From a virus, in IMG/VR virus record IMGVR_UViG_3300048672_000512, positions 64,001 to 128,000 of that record: 64,000 nucleotides of DNA; one strand, given 5' to 3'. The translations under genes and the position numbers were made by a program. This document shows positions 46,173 to 54,614 of the stretch, in pieces (position 1 is the first letter of the stretch; every line of letters starts with the position of its first letter). The notes below the pieces were generated by a model, which worked only from the letters and a program-made list of their open reading frames with translations, was not told the origin of the DNA and ran no database searches.

Positions 46173-46761
46173 TTGTGTCGTTCCGCAACTTCAACCCCTT
46201 CTGAGATATGACCAAGTGCGTAAGTATGAAAACGTCAGAATGACCCCAGAGGTCAGCTTCAAACTTGTCCAAGTCTGCGTGATTATGCAGTTGAACAAGT
46301 CGGTTTGGAGTCTCCCGCCTGCTATAGAAATAGACAAACAAAGCAGGGTCAAGAAAAGCTTTCATGAGGCAGTAACCCCAGAAAGCCTTACCATCTTCTG
46401 TCTGCTGCGTGTCTGTTATAAGGGCACCAAACTTCGGAAGAAGCTTTTCAAAGAAGACGTGACTAGCAAAACCGGCGGTTGCCGGCACATTCTTGTTCTT
46501 CCAAACAAGGACTTGGCGACCAAACTTGTTTCCACCACCTCGCACCTTACGGTAGCGAACAAAGTAGACTATAACATCGTTCTTCACCAAACACACATAA
46601 CCAGTACCACCATCGCCAAATTCGTAAACATCAGCACCGTTCCACTTATCATCAGGTGGTACTTTGCTGATCTTTTTCTTCAGATATAGACGTTCAAGCC
46701 CCTGCACCATTGCTGACTCATTCAGAGGCGGAATTAGTTGCACTGCAGTTACCTCATTCAT
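46156..46761 (-). CDS. Divergent GNAT-like protein
   Basis: GFASHVFFEKLL...LITDTQQTEDGKAFW aligns with 43763 and 44610. Confidence 0.55.
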   Translation of the reverse strand: MNEVTAVQLIPPLNESAMVQGLERLYLKKKISKVPPDDKWNGADVYEFGDGGTGYVCLVKNDVIVYFVRYRKVRGGGNKFGRQVLVWKNKNVPATAGFASHVFFEKLLPKFGALITDTQQTEDGKAFWGYCLMKAFLDPALFVYFYSRRETPNRLVQLHNHADLDKFEADLWGHSDVFILTHLVISQKGLKLRNDTNDNSK

Positions 46762-48398
46762 TACAGACCTTCACGTACTGAGCCATAATCCACATAGTTC
46801 TTCTTTCGCTTCTTGGTATTTGAAAACCACTGCATCAACTCCTTCTCTACAGGTTGCGGTACGATAGGATTGAATCCCGGCTTGACAGCATTCCAGTACT
46901 CATTCCGCCGTGTTGACCGCATTATATCGCAGTCATCAAGCGTAAACACAATCAACGGATCCGGCTTGCCGTCCATCGGTGTGAGTATTCGAGAGATTCG
47001 CTGTTGTGCTTTTGGGAGGTTGGAGTTCAGTCCGCACTCAACAATTGCAGACGCTCTTGGAACATTCAGACCCACTGATAGCAGCGCAATGTTGCCTACA
47101 AGAATCTTGCACTTGTACTGCCTTGCTGCATTCACAATCTCCATGCGTCGGTCAACCTTTTTGCTCTTAGGAAGGCCACCGTAGAATGGAAGAGCGAAAC
47201 CAGCCGTCTCAGTCTCCTCGTTTATGTAACGCGTCCATTCAAGAATAGCATTCACGCGACTGAGAGGAATGAGGACTAGGTGCCCTTGCTTTGCAAGTTC
47301 GATTGCTCGCTTGCAGATAGTGGTCTTGCGAACCGTGTTTGACTCAAGCCTTGAAACCAGCGAAGTGAAAGACGCCTGCCCCATTCCTGCAGTCCACTCC
47401 TTCTTTGGCATGTTTAGCAGTTCAACACGTGGACGCAAACGATCAATTTCTGCTTTGTAGATAACCTGACCAACAAGGTCATTAGCTATCTTGAACTCTT
47501 CCGTTACCTTTCTGGCAGGGGTTCCGGTAAGTCCGATTATGTAGGTAGCGTTGAAGGCGGCAAGAACTCGGCTTGACTCCTTAGCTGGAACGCCGTGCAC
47601 TTCGTCAATCACTACAACCTCAAACATGTCTGCAATGTCTTGAAGAAGCTTCTTTCCGCGCTGTTCGCTAAAGAATGTGGCGAACGTAGCTAGACATACA
47701 TCAGTAGCCTGAAATTCTTCAAGTTTTGTGCATATACGAACTTGCTCCGGTTTCGCATTGGTAAAGGCCTCTGCTGTTTCTGAACCTATGAAGGTTTCTC
47801 GAAACTGCTTTAACCACTCAGACTGATGCGCAATAATGAGAGTCTTCTTTCCAACTCTACAAGCTATAGCAGCTCCCATCAAAGTCTTGCCAGACCTAGG
47901 TGGTGCTTCTATGATACCGAACTTTTTCTTCAGTGCTGTCGCGACAGCAGCCTCCTGGTAGTCTCGAAGCGGAACCGTTGTCTTGATCGCTCTGGAAAAA
48001 GGTTCTGAGTCTGGACGCTCAACCTGAAGCTCAAGGTTGCTGTAGCCGCACTCAGTAAGAACTTCAAGCAAGCGCTTCTTTCCGCCGCGAGGAACCTTCC
48101 AGTATTTAGACTTTCCAACCTGAACTGGCTTCTGAGTAGTTCTACCACCCAGAAAGGCAGCGCAGCTATCGCAGGTTTCACTCGGCCTGTCGTCAAGATG
48201 CTCGCAATTCTTGCACGCTTCCTCTTTGAAGAAGAAGTAGGTGAACTTCTCTTCCAGGCTAGTTACAACACGTTCCGTGATGTTCTTGATCGGTATGTAG
48301 TAGCCATTTGCTCGAATGATCTTCAGCGGTGCTTCAAAGACGCTGTCTGACGGTCTTGGTAACGGACGATCAACTTCAATGTCCTTGGTTATTGGCAT
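46761..48398 (-). CDS. uvsW: UvsW-like superfamily 2 DNA helicase
   Basis: LRDYQ, APPRSGKT, VIDEVH, GLTGTP, SVGLNVP, QQRISRI. Confidence 0.85.
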   Translation of the reverse strand: MPITKDIEVDRPLPRPSDSVFEAPLKIIRANGYYIPIKNITERVVTSLEEKFTYFFFKEEACKNCEHLDDRPSETCDSCAAFLGGRTTQKPVQVGKSKYWKVPRGGKKRLLEVLTECGYSNLELQVERPDSEPFSRAIKTTVPLRDYQEAAVATALKKKFGIIEAPPRSGKTLMGAAIACRVGKKTLIIAHQSEWLKQFRETFIGSETAEAFTNAKPEQVRICTKLEEFQATDVCLATFATFFSEQRGKKLLQDIADMFEVVVIDEVHGVPAKESSRVLAAFNATYIIGLTGTPARKVTEEFKIANDLVGQVIYKAEIDRLRPRVELLNMPKKEWTAGMGQASFTSLVSRLESNTVRKTTICKRAIELAKQGHLVLIPLSRVNAILEWTRYINEETETAGFALPFYGGLPKSKKVDRRMEIVNAARQYKCKILVGNIALLSVGLNVPRASAIVECGLNSNLPKAQQRISRILTPMDGKPDPLIVFTLDDCDIMRSTRRNEYWNAVKPGFNPIVPQPVEKELMQWFSNTKKRKKNYVDYGSVREGL

Positions 48399-48407
48399 TT
48401 AGATCTT

Positions 48408-48932
48408 TCATGTTACGTTCACTTCTCTCTTGTCAAGAGTGATCTTGAATATGTCTATAAGGTTGCGCAGACCAAACGCAGTTTGATCGATATCCTTTAT
48501 GTACAGGTCAACCGTGTCCTGCGTAGACTCAAGTTGAGACTGCAGGCGGATTGACCTTGAAATCAGCCTGTCGATAGCTGCGCGCCTGTCTTGTTGAGTA
48601 CGTCCGTATTCAGCTAGTTCTTCCGAGTACTCAGTTTGAATATGCCTACGCACGTTCGACATAGATACAGACAGGAGTTCATACGTGCGACTGCACAGAA
48701 CACGTAGCTCTGTCAAACGCGAACGAGCTGCCATGTCACCAGTCAACGCCTTTTGAATCATCGATGGAGTAAGCGCTGCAGTTGACAGCTTTCTGGAAGA
48801 TCGTGCGGAATGCAGAAACTCAGCTTCTCTAAGAATCTCTTCACAGTCGATAGCCGCTTCCACCGTATCGCGTATGTTGCGAAACCTAAGAAACTCAGCA
48901 TCCTTGTTTAGAATTGCTTTAAGGTTTGACAT
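48408..48932 (-). CDS. UvsY-like recombination mediator
   Basis: All-helical; C-terminal IKDIDQTAFGLRNLID resembles UvsY; adjacent to uvsW as in T4. Confidence 0.5.
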   Translation of the reverse strand: MSNLKAILNKDAEFLRFRNIRDTVEAAIDCEEILREAEFLHSARSSRKLSTAALTPSMIQKALTGDMAARSRLTELRVLCSRTYELLSVSMSNVRRHIQTEYSEELAEYGRTQQDRRAAIDRLISRSIRLQSQLESTQDTVDLYIKDIDQTAFGLRNLIDIFKITLDKREVNVT

Positions 48933-48935
48933 GGA

Positions 48936-49358
48936 TTAGATCATTGTCAGGTAGCTATGCAACTTGTCGTCCAACTCGCCACCTACAACCAACGTGCCCT
49001 TGTTTGGAACATGGTAGACGCACAGCTGCTTGGTGCGAATCGGAACCTGTATCTCCGAGTTCTCAACGCTGACGTTTGCTGCTGTTTCTCGCCATGAGTT
49101 ATGAACGTACAGAAGACCTGTAGGTAGGGCTATGAGAGGCTGCGGACTCTTGAAAAGATAACCAACCTGCTCGTTGCCTCTAAACAAGGTTCCAACAGAC
49201 ATTGGAAGCCTGAGCCCTTCAGCCGTTGAAGTTAGCCTCTTTGCTCTAACCGAGTCTCCTGCAACCAGCTTAGCCGTCGTGAAAATGTAGGAGTTATCTA
49301 CAACTGGCAGCGTGTAGAAAATTCCTTGCACGTACGTAGCTCTTATTAAGTACGGCAT
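48936..49358 (-). CDS. Hypothetical protein
   Basis: 140-aa ORF abutting its neighbours. Confidence 0.7.
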   Translation of the reverse strand: MPYLIRATYVQGIFYTLPVVDNSYIFTTAKLVAGDSVRAKRLTSTAEGLRLPMSVGTLFRGNEQVGYLFKSPQPLIALPTGLLYVHNSWRETAANVSVENSEIQVPIRTKQLCVYHVPNKGTLVVGGELDDKLHSYLTMI

Positions 49359-49366
49359 ACATCAGT

Positions 49367-50464
49367 TCAAATTTCTGAAGTCTGAGCGGCAAACAAGAGT
49401 TCGTCAGTCTTGACGCATAGGGCTCCGTCATTGACTGACATGGTAACGGTGTCGGTTGAGCACTTGGAAAGAATGTTCTGAAGGAACTTCACTTCCAGTC
49501 CAAAGGTAGCGCTGCCTTTGCCATTCACCTCAAGCGAGCTTGACGCTTTACCTGCAGAGCTGTTTACTGACAGAGCTAGCGTGCTGCCCTTGAGAGCAAA
49601 CTTGATAACGGCGTCAGCACCGCCCTTGGAATCGTATAGAGAAACTGCTTTGGCAGACATCAAGTAGTCTTCAAGAGCTTCCTTGCTTACCGAGAAGTAG
49701 TTGCTGTCTCGTGTACCAAGTTCCTTTGCTTTGGTCAGCACGAGGTCACCAGTAGGTTCGTTATCGGCAAGCTCTGTCATCATGGTGACGATGGTGAAGT
49801 GCCCACTGCGAATGAGAACAGCCTCGTTTGAAACTTGCATCACCACGTCACTTGAAGGCAGTTCCTTCATGGTAGTTGCAAACCTTGGATAGGCCACATT
49901 CAACTCCATCGGCTCGATGTCAAAGGTGTTCTTTGCACCAGCGTAAACAAGCTGAAAGCCATTCGAGTCATAGCCTACAAGAGACACCATCTTGGACGTA
50001 ACACGAATAAACAGACGCGGATCCGTTTGTGCGCTGTGTACTTTCTCAAGCTTCAGCAATGGAAGCTTTTCGTTTAGAAAAGCCCAGAAGGATGCTGTCA
50101 TCTTGAACTCGGTTGCGTCCTTCAGAAGGCTTACTTCCGGAACAACAGCAGCTGTAGTTGCACGCAGTTCCACGTTAGACCTTCCTGAGGAAATGACAAG
50201 CATGTCATTCTTCAGAGCGTAGGCTACATTTGTTTTCTTGCCAAGAGCAAGTTGCAGAGTATCGTAGGGAACCTGTATGGATTCAGAGCCGGTTAGAAAG
50301 GTGACAGGAAAGATGAACTTTGCAGATCCATACAGCGACGACATCGTCACCATAGTTCCCGACTTGTGACTAGTGAAGATCGCACTTGGAAATGCACCGA
50401 TTACCTTCTCTACCACCTTGAGGTAGACGTTAAGAGACGGGGCAGAATCTTTTTTGGTAGCCAT
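49367..50464 (-). CDS. DNA polymerase III beta (sliding clamp)-like protein
   Basis: 365 aa from ATG 50464 (SD AGGA); three-domain alpha/beta pattern; C-terminal FGLEVKFLQNILSKCSTDTVTM resembles DnaN. Confidence 0.65.
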   Translation of the reverse strand: MATKKDSAPSLNVYLKVVEKVIGAFPSAIFTSHKSGTMVTMSSLYGSAKFIFPVTFLTGSESIQVPYDTLQLALGKKTNVAYALKNDMLVISSGRSNVELRATTAAVVPEVSLLKDATEFKMTASFWAFLNEKLPLLKLEKVHSAQTDPRLFIRVTSKMVSLVGYDSNGFQLVYAGAKNTFDIEPMELNVAYPRFATTMKELPSSDVVMQVSNEAVLIRSGHFTIVTMMTELADNEPTGDLVLTKAKELGTRDSNYFSVSKEALEDYLMSAKAVSLYDSKGGADAVIKFALKGSTLALSVNSSAGKASSSLEVNGKGSATFGLEVKFLQNILSKCSTDTVTMSVNDGALCVKTDELLFAAQTSEI

Positions 50465-50522
50465 TTTTGGTCCTTGCTGGTAAGAAGTGGGTTTACCTAT
50501 GAACTTCACAGTTTCCACGCGT

Positions 50523-50561
50523 AAAACGAAAACGGCGAACTCCGTTGAAGAAGCTCGCCGT
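50523..50561 (-). terminator. Intrinsic terminator after topoisomerase IB
   Basis: On the - strand: acggcgagc...gttcgccgt followed by tttcgtttt. Confidence 0.7.
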
Positions 50562-50577
50562 GTGGTGTTGCTTTGAA

Positions 50578-52752
50578 TTAAAAGATGGAGTCCAGACCTT
50601 CCGTCAGAGCATCCTCCAACAAATGAACATCCAGTTGCGGACCTAGCTCATCCAGGTCTTCATCCGGTATGTATTCATTCTTTGGTTTTTTGCTTTCCTT
50701 CTTGACTTCATTCTTGCGCAGATGTGGATTCACTTCTGAAGGAGCATTGTCAGGTTCTTCCTCTGCACTTTCAGACGGATCCTCAGGAGTGGCACCGTCG
50801 GGAGTTTCAGGTTGCCTCTTTCCTGCAGGCTTGCGCGGTGCAGTTTCGCTATCCTGTTCCTGACTGTCATCAGTAGGTTCGGCGTCAGCTTCTTCACTGT
50901 TGTCATCGGGTTCTTCTGAGCGAACGCGGTCCTTGTTCTTGTCAGAGGAACCTTCAGGTGCTTCATGAGAACGCTCAGTTTCTGTCTGCTTGTCAGGTGG
51001 CGTTTCGTGTTCGTCGTCAACAGGATCACCAGTAGGCGCCTCGGCTTCTGCAAGGACTCTAGAGGACTCGACTCGGTGCTGATTCAGAAGTTTTGCCAGA
51101 TAGGTTGGCAGCGGCTGTGCGTAGTGTTCAAACACCTTTGCCTGAGCTTCAGGTGAAATGTAGTTGCTAAGCGCGGTAGCTGGAGTTACTTCCTGACCAC
51201 CATTGACACGACGCACGTGACCGAGAGTCTTTCCAACTTTCATTGCTGCAACCTTCACAGCATCAAGCACTTCCGCTGATGTCTTGAAGGTCTTCCTCTT
51301 CTCATACAGCTTTTCAACTTCAGCATTGAAAATCTCTGTACCCTTCAGCGTTCTAACCGAATGGATGGTAAGCGATCCAGCACCGCACTCTCGCCACACT
51401 CGATTCACTTCAGACGGAGTAACGTACTTGCGCATTCCGTTTTTCAACTGATAAGTGAAAAGATGATCAGCAGGTGCTTTTCCTTCCACCAGAGTACGCA
51501 GGCAGCTCATGATGTGCTTTCCTAGCGCGTCTTGTGCTACATATTCGTGCTTCTGACGAACAGCATCCTTGCCAAGGTAAGATAGAAGGAAGCCGTTTGG
51601 TCGCAGCGTCAAGTGTTTTACAAGCAGAGTAGCTAACCCAAAAGTGGGTTTGCCATCAGCTTCGTTACCCTTTCCACCAATGCGGCAAGAGAACTCATAG
51701 ACAAGCTCAAGCATCAGCGCTGCTACAGTGTCCTTGTTGCTTTCGTCGAACCGTTTCAGTAGAGCTAACCAGCGCTGTCTGACTGCTGCAATTCTAGGTG
51801 CAAGATCCTGCACCTTTTCAAACTTCTCCTTCTTGTTTTCTGTCTTCTTCTTGTGCAGATAGAAGTAGCCACCAGCAGTTCCATCCGCCCGGATAGATTG
51901 AAAGATCCAGTCACCTCTGTCTGAGTCATTCATGCGAACGGTAGGAAACATAGCAGCGCTAGGCACGCCGTCAATCTCGTCACCGTTTGCGTCATACCAG
52001 TTAGCAGAGCCGTCAACAAGACCGGTAAAACCTTCTGGCATTGTGTGCTCGTATCCGGCCTCGTGCAGCTTCTCTACAGCCTCTTCATACGGCATTAGTT
52101 TCTGACCGTAGTCGTGAACTATGCTTTGCAGCTTTGCTTTCCAGGAGGCTGTAAACTCTCGGCGCAGCGCCAGGTACTTTGAATACTCTTCAGGGTTTGC
52201 TTTCTTCAGACGTGCAGCCTGCGCTACAGACAGGTTGGATGTCTGCTTTTTGGTATTCAGATTGCGCGACGCTAGAGCGCTGATGTCCTTGAGGATTTCA
52301 TCCTGGCTTCTTGTGTCGTTTGCCGTAACAAAAGGCGTTGCTACCCAGATAGGAAAAACCTTTGCGGTGCTGTACCTAGAAAGCGTATTCCATGCGGCCT
52401 TTGAGTCAGCACGCAAGTACAGACCAAAGGCCGCAAACAGCTGCTCAATAGCAGGGTTTCGTTTAGGCCAGGCTTTGTAGGCCTTTACAAAAGCCTTCAT
52501 TCCGTTGCCCACTGCCGGAGCATCAGACTTCTTGTTTTTTAGAGCTAGTGCAACTGCGGTTTTCAGGCCTTCAACCTCCTCAAACATAGGTTTGAGCTTG
52601 TCAGAAAGCAGTGCGTCCTTTGCTTCAACGTTAAGTTTTACGCCACGATTCACGCTTACAACAGCATACAGCGCAAGTGCTAGTGCCTTGAAGTTTGAAG
52701 CATTGAGTTCAGCTACTGAAGCAGCTACTCTTCGCTTTGGATAGTCATTCAC
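50578..52752 (-). CDS. Type IB DNA topoisomerase with N-terminal extension and acidic C-terminal tail
   Basis: CRIG (Arg), FGLATL..KH, YLGKD (Lys), HSVRT (Arg), LGH (His), SNYISP (Tyr). Confidence 0.75.
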   Translation of the reverse strand: MNDYPKRRVAASVAELNASNFKALALALYAVVSVNRGVKLNVEAKDALLSDKLKPMFEEVEGLKTAVALALKNKKSDAPAVGNGMKAFVKAYKAWPKRNPAIEQLFAAFGLYLRADSKAAWNTLSRYSTAKVFPIWVATPFVTANDTRSQDEILKDISALASRNLNTKKQTSNLSVAQAARLKKANPEEYSKYLALRREFTASWKAKLQSIVHDYGQKLMPYEEAVEKLHEAGYEHTMPEGFTGLVDGSANWYDANGDEIDGVPSAAMFPTVRMNDSDRGDWIFQSIRADGTAGGYFYLHKKKTENKKEKFEKVQDLAPRIAAVRQRWLALLKRFDESNKDTVAALMLELVYEFSCRIGGKGNEADGKPTFGLATLLVKHLTLRPNGFLLSYLGKDAVRQKHEYVAQDALGKHIMSCLRTLVEGKAPADHLFTYQLKNGMRKYVTPSEVNRVWRECGAGSLTIHSVRTLKGTEIFNAEVEKLYEKRKTFKTSAEVLDAVKVAAMKVGKTLGHVRRVNGGQEVTPATALSNYISPEAQAKVFEHYAQPLPTYLAKLLNQHRVESSRVLAEAEAPTGDPVDDEHETPPDKQTETERSHEAPEGSSDKNKDRVRSEEPDDNSEEADAEPTDDSQEQDSETAPRKPAGKRQPETPDGATPEDPSESAEEEPDNAPSEVNPHLRKNEVKKESKKPKNEYIPDEDLDELGPQLDVHLLEDALTEGLDSIF

Positions 52753-53125
52753 TTGTATTTCCTTTTCTGTTGAGAGCCTTGAGGCGCAGACGTTCCAATT
52801 CAGCCAGCACGTTTACTTCGCCTGTAAATTCTTTGGTTCCAGAAGCACCAGAGGGTTTTCGTATCTCAAGGCGCAAACAGGGAAGGTCTAAGGTATAACG
52901 AAGAGTAATAGTTCTAGCCGCACTTGGTGAGGACGCACGCATCGATGAATCGTGTGCGGTGAACTGGAAACCTAGAGTTTCAGCCGTGTCCAGAAAAGCC
53001 TCTCGCAGCTGTGTAGTTGCGTTTGAGTACAGAGGATTCTCTCGATGCCGCAGGTTGTTTTTCAAGTCCTCTACAACGCATTTAATTTGATAGCGGCAAG
53101 TCTTGTAATTGGACTTTTGATGCAT
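52745..53125 (-). CDS. Hypothetical protein
   Basis: 126-aa ORF coupled to the topoisomerase gene. Confidence 0.65.
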   Translation of the reverse strand: MHQKSNYKTCRYQIKCVVEDLKNNLRHRENPLYSNATTQLREAFLDTAETLGFQFTAHDSSMRASSPSAARTITLRYTLDLPCLRLEIRKPSGASGTKEFTGEVNVLAELERLRLKALNRKGNTSE

Positions 53126-53127
53126 GC

Positions 53128-53703
53128 TCAGTCAAACCCAACTAATTCAAATTGAAGACGGTTTACCAAGGACGGCCCAAAACGCCTTAGAAACTTGGTG
53201 GTCGATCCTATGGTGTACTCCACATCGTATCTATCTCGCTGCTGTCTGTAATACAGAACGCCAGCCTTTGTGTAGGCAAAGATGACATCGGAGTTCGTTG
53301 TGTAGACGTCACGAGAATCGTCTACACAAATGCGACAACTTGTCACGTCTGGAAAGCTGCGAGTTGCATACGTGAATGTGAGCGTGTCGTAGTAGTAGAG
53401 CTGCGCGTCACCACTCGTAAGTTTCCATGCTATAGCTAGGCCCATGTTGTTATCAAAGGCTAACGACACGGACTGCACGTTAGCTACTGCAAGCGTGAAT
53501 GCAGTAGCTCCACCAACAGGATTCACAATTATGTTTCCTCCTGTATATGTCACTTCCCAATTCTGATACTCTCTGCCAAGAGATGGGTCACTTACAGCAA
53601 CACCTCCAGGCGCAACGTGATGCAAAGGCGTGTACGCATTGTCATAAGGAGGTTTGAAGTCAGCCACCTCTGGGGCGACAGTGAACGTATTAGCCGGTAT
53701 CAT
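53128..53703 (-). CDS. Tail/baseplate-associated structural protein
   Basis: ATGA coupling at 53703; DPSLG...QNW, SLAFDNNM, DVIFAY, LYYRQQRDRY motifs recalled from tail cassettes of smaller phages. Confidence 0.55.
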   Translation of the reverse strand: MIPANTFTVAPEVADFKPPYDNAYTPLHHVAPGGVAVSDPSLGREYQNWEVTYTGGNIIVNPVGGATAFTLAVANVQSVSLAFDNNMGLAIAWKLTSGDAQLYYYDTLTFTYATRSFPDVTSCRICVDDSRDVYTTNSDVIFAYTKAGVLYYRQQRDRYDVEYTIGSTTKFLRRFGPSLVNRLQFELVGFD

Positions 53704-54614
53704 CCGCGTGCCCAACTTAGCCGAATGTTGAGCGTAAGAACCTTGGTATTATCTTTCGGAATTGGCGTTGGGAACAGGCATTGGAAATTAGTATCTCCAA
53801 ACTGACCAAAACCAAAACGAAGCGCGCCGATGCCGCCTGCAGTGTTTCCTTGCGTAGTACTAAACGATAGCGTGTAGTCTCGATAGTAATTACCATTTGT
53901 GTAAGCAGTAGCCGACGGAGTACCGGGGACAGTAGATCCTGCAGGCTGGGACGTTATTGCTCCTAGAGAAGTTGTGGTAGCTGGATACGCAACAAGGTCA
54001 TAAGTGTTTGAAATAGCAGTGGTATTGAAGATACCAGTTCTAGCTAAAAAACTACCAACGACACAAGCGCGCATGGTATAGCTGTAACTGGTGCCGCCAA
54101 GCGTTACAGAACCAGTACCGTCCGTGATAGGTGGTGCGATGCGAAGACGGTAAAAAACAGTAAGCTGATCTATCGATGTCAGTGTAATAGTTGTCGGAGA
54201 TCCACCTCCATCAACAATCAGAGCACGACTGAACAGTCCACCGGAAGCCGACTGCCAACCAACACCAACTTCAGAGATATTACCAACGACAGCTCCTTGT
54301 GCAAAAGCGAGCGAGAACGTGTGAGTGGTCCTATAGTTTGGTGAGCCTTCATTTGTATAAGAGCTAGCTCCACTTATGGACGAGGATGTAGAGGCTAGAT
54401 AGCTGGAAAGAGACGTCTGCGTGTTAGCTGGCGCGGTGGTTCCGGTTCCAACCTGTGCGTAGTTGATAACCCCAGTAGCTGCGTTACCTATTTTGTCAAG
54501 ACCTGCGTCCAGAATGAGGTTGTCAAACCAGCCGGTTTCTGACACTTGTTGCCCATTGCGAGAAACAACCAAGTTGTACTGACCAGAGATAGATAGGTGT
54601 GTAGTCAAGCTCAT
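53700..54614 (-). CDS. Tail/baseplate-associated structural protein
   Basis: ETGWFDNLILDAGLD, GTGTTAP, SRALIVD.GG.PTTIT motifs; S/T/G-rich. Confidence 0.55.
   Translation of the reverse strand: MSLTTHLSISGQYNLVVSRNGQQVSETGWFDNLILDAGLDKIGNAATGVINYAQVGTGTTAPANTQTSLSSYLASTSSSISGASSYTNEGSPNYRTTHTFSLAFAQGAVVGNISEVGVGWQSASGGLFSRALIVDGGGSPTTITLTSIDQLTVFYRLRIAPPITDGTGSVTLGGTSYSYTMRACVVGSFLARTGIFNTTAISNTYDLVAYPATTTSLGAITSQPAGSTVPGTPSATAYTNGNYYRDYTLSFSTTQGNTAGGIGALRFGFGQFGDTNFQCLFPTPIPKDNTKVLTLNIRLSWARG

Noticed and set aside
50578-52752. Integrase or protelomerase call for the tyrosine-nucleophile enzyme
   Set aside because: RIG, GLxTL..xH, GKD and YIxP contexts fit topoisomerase IB better; no att-like site or long palindromic telomere site was seen nearby.
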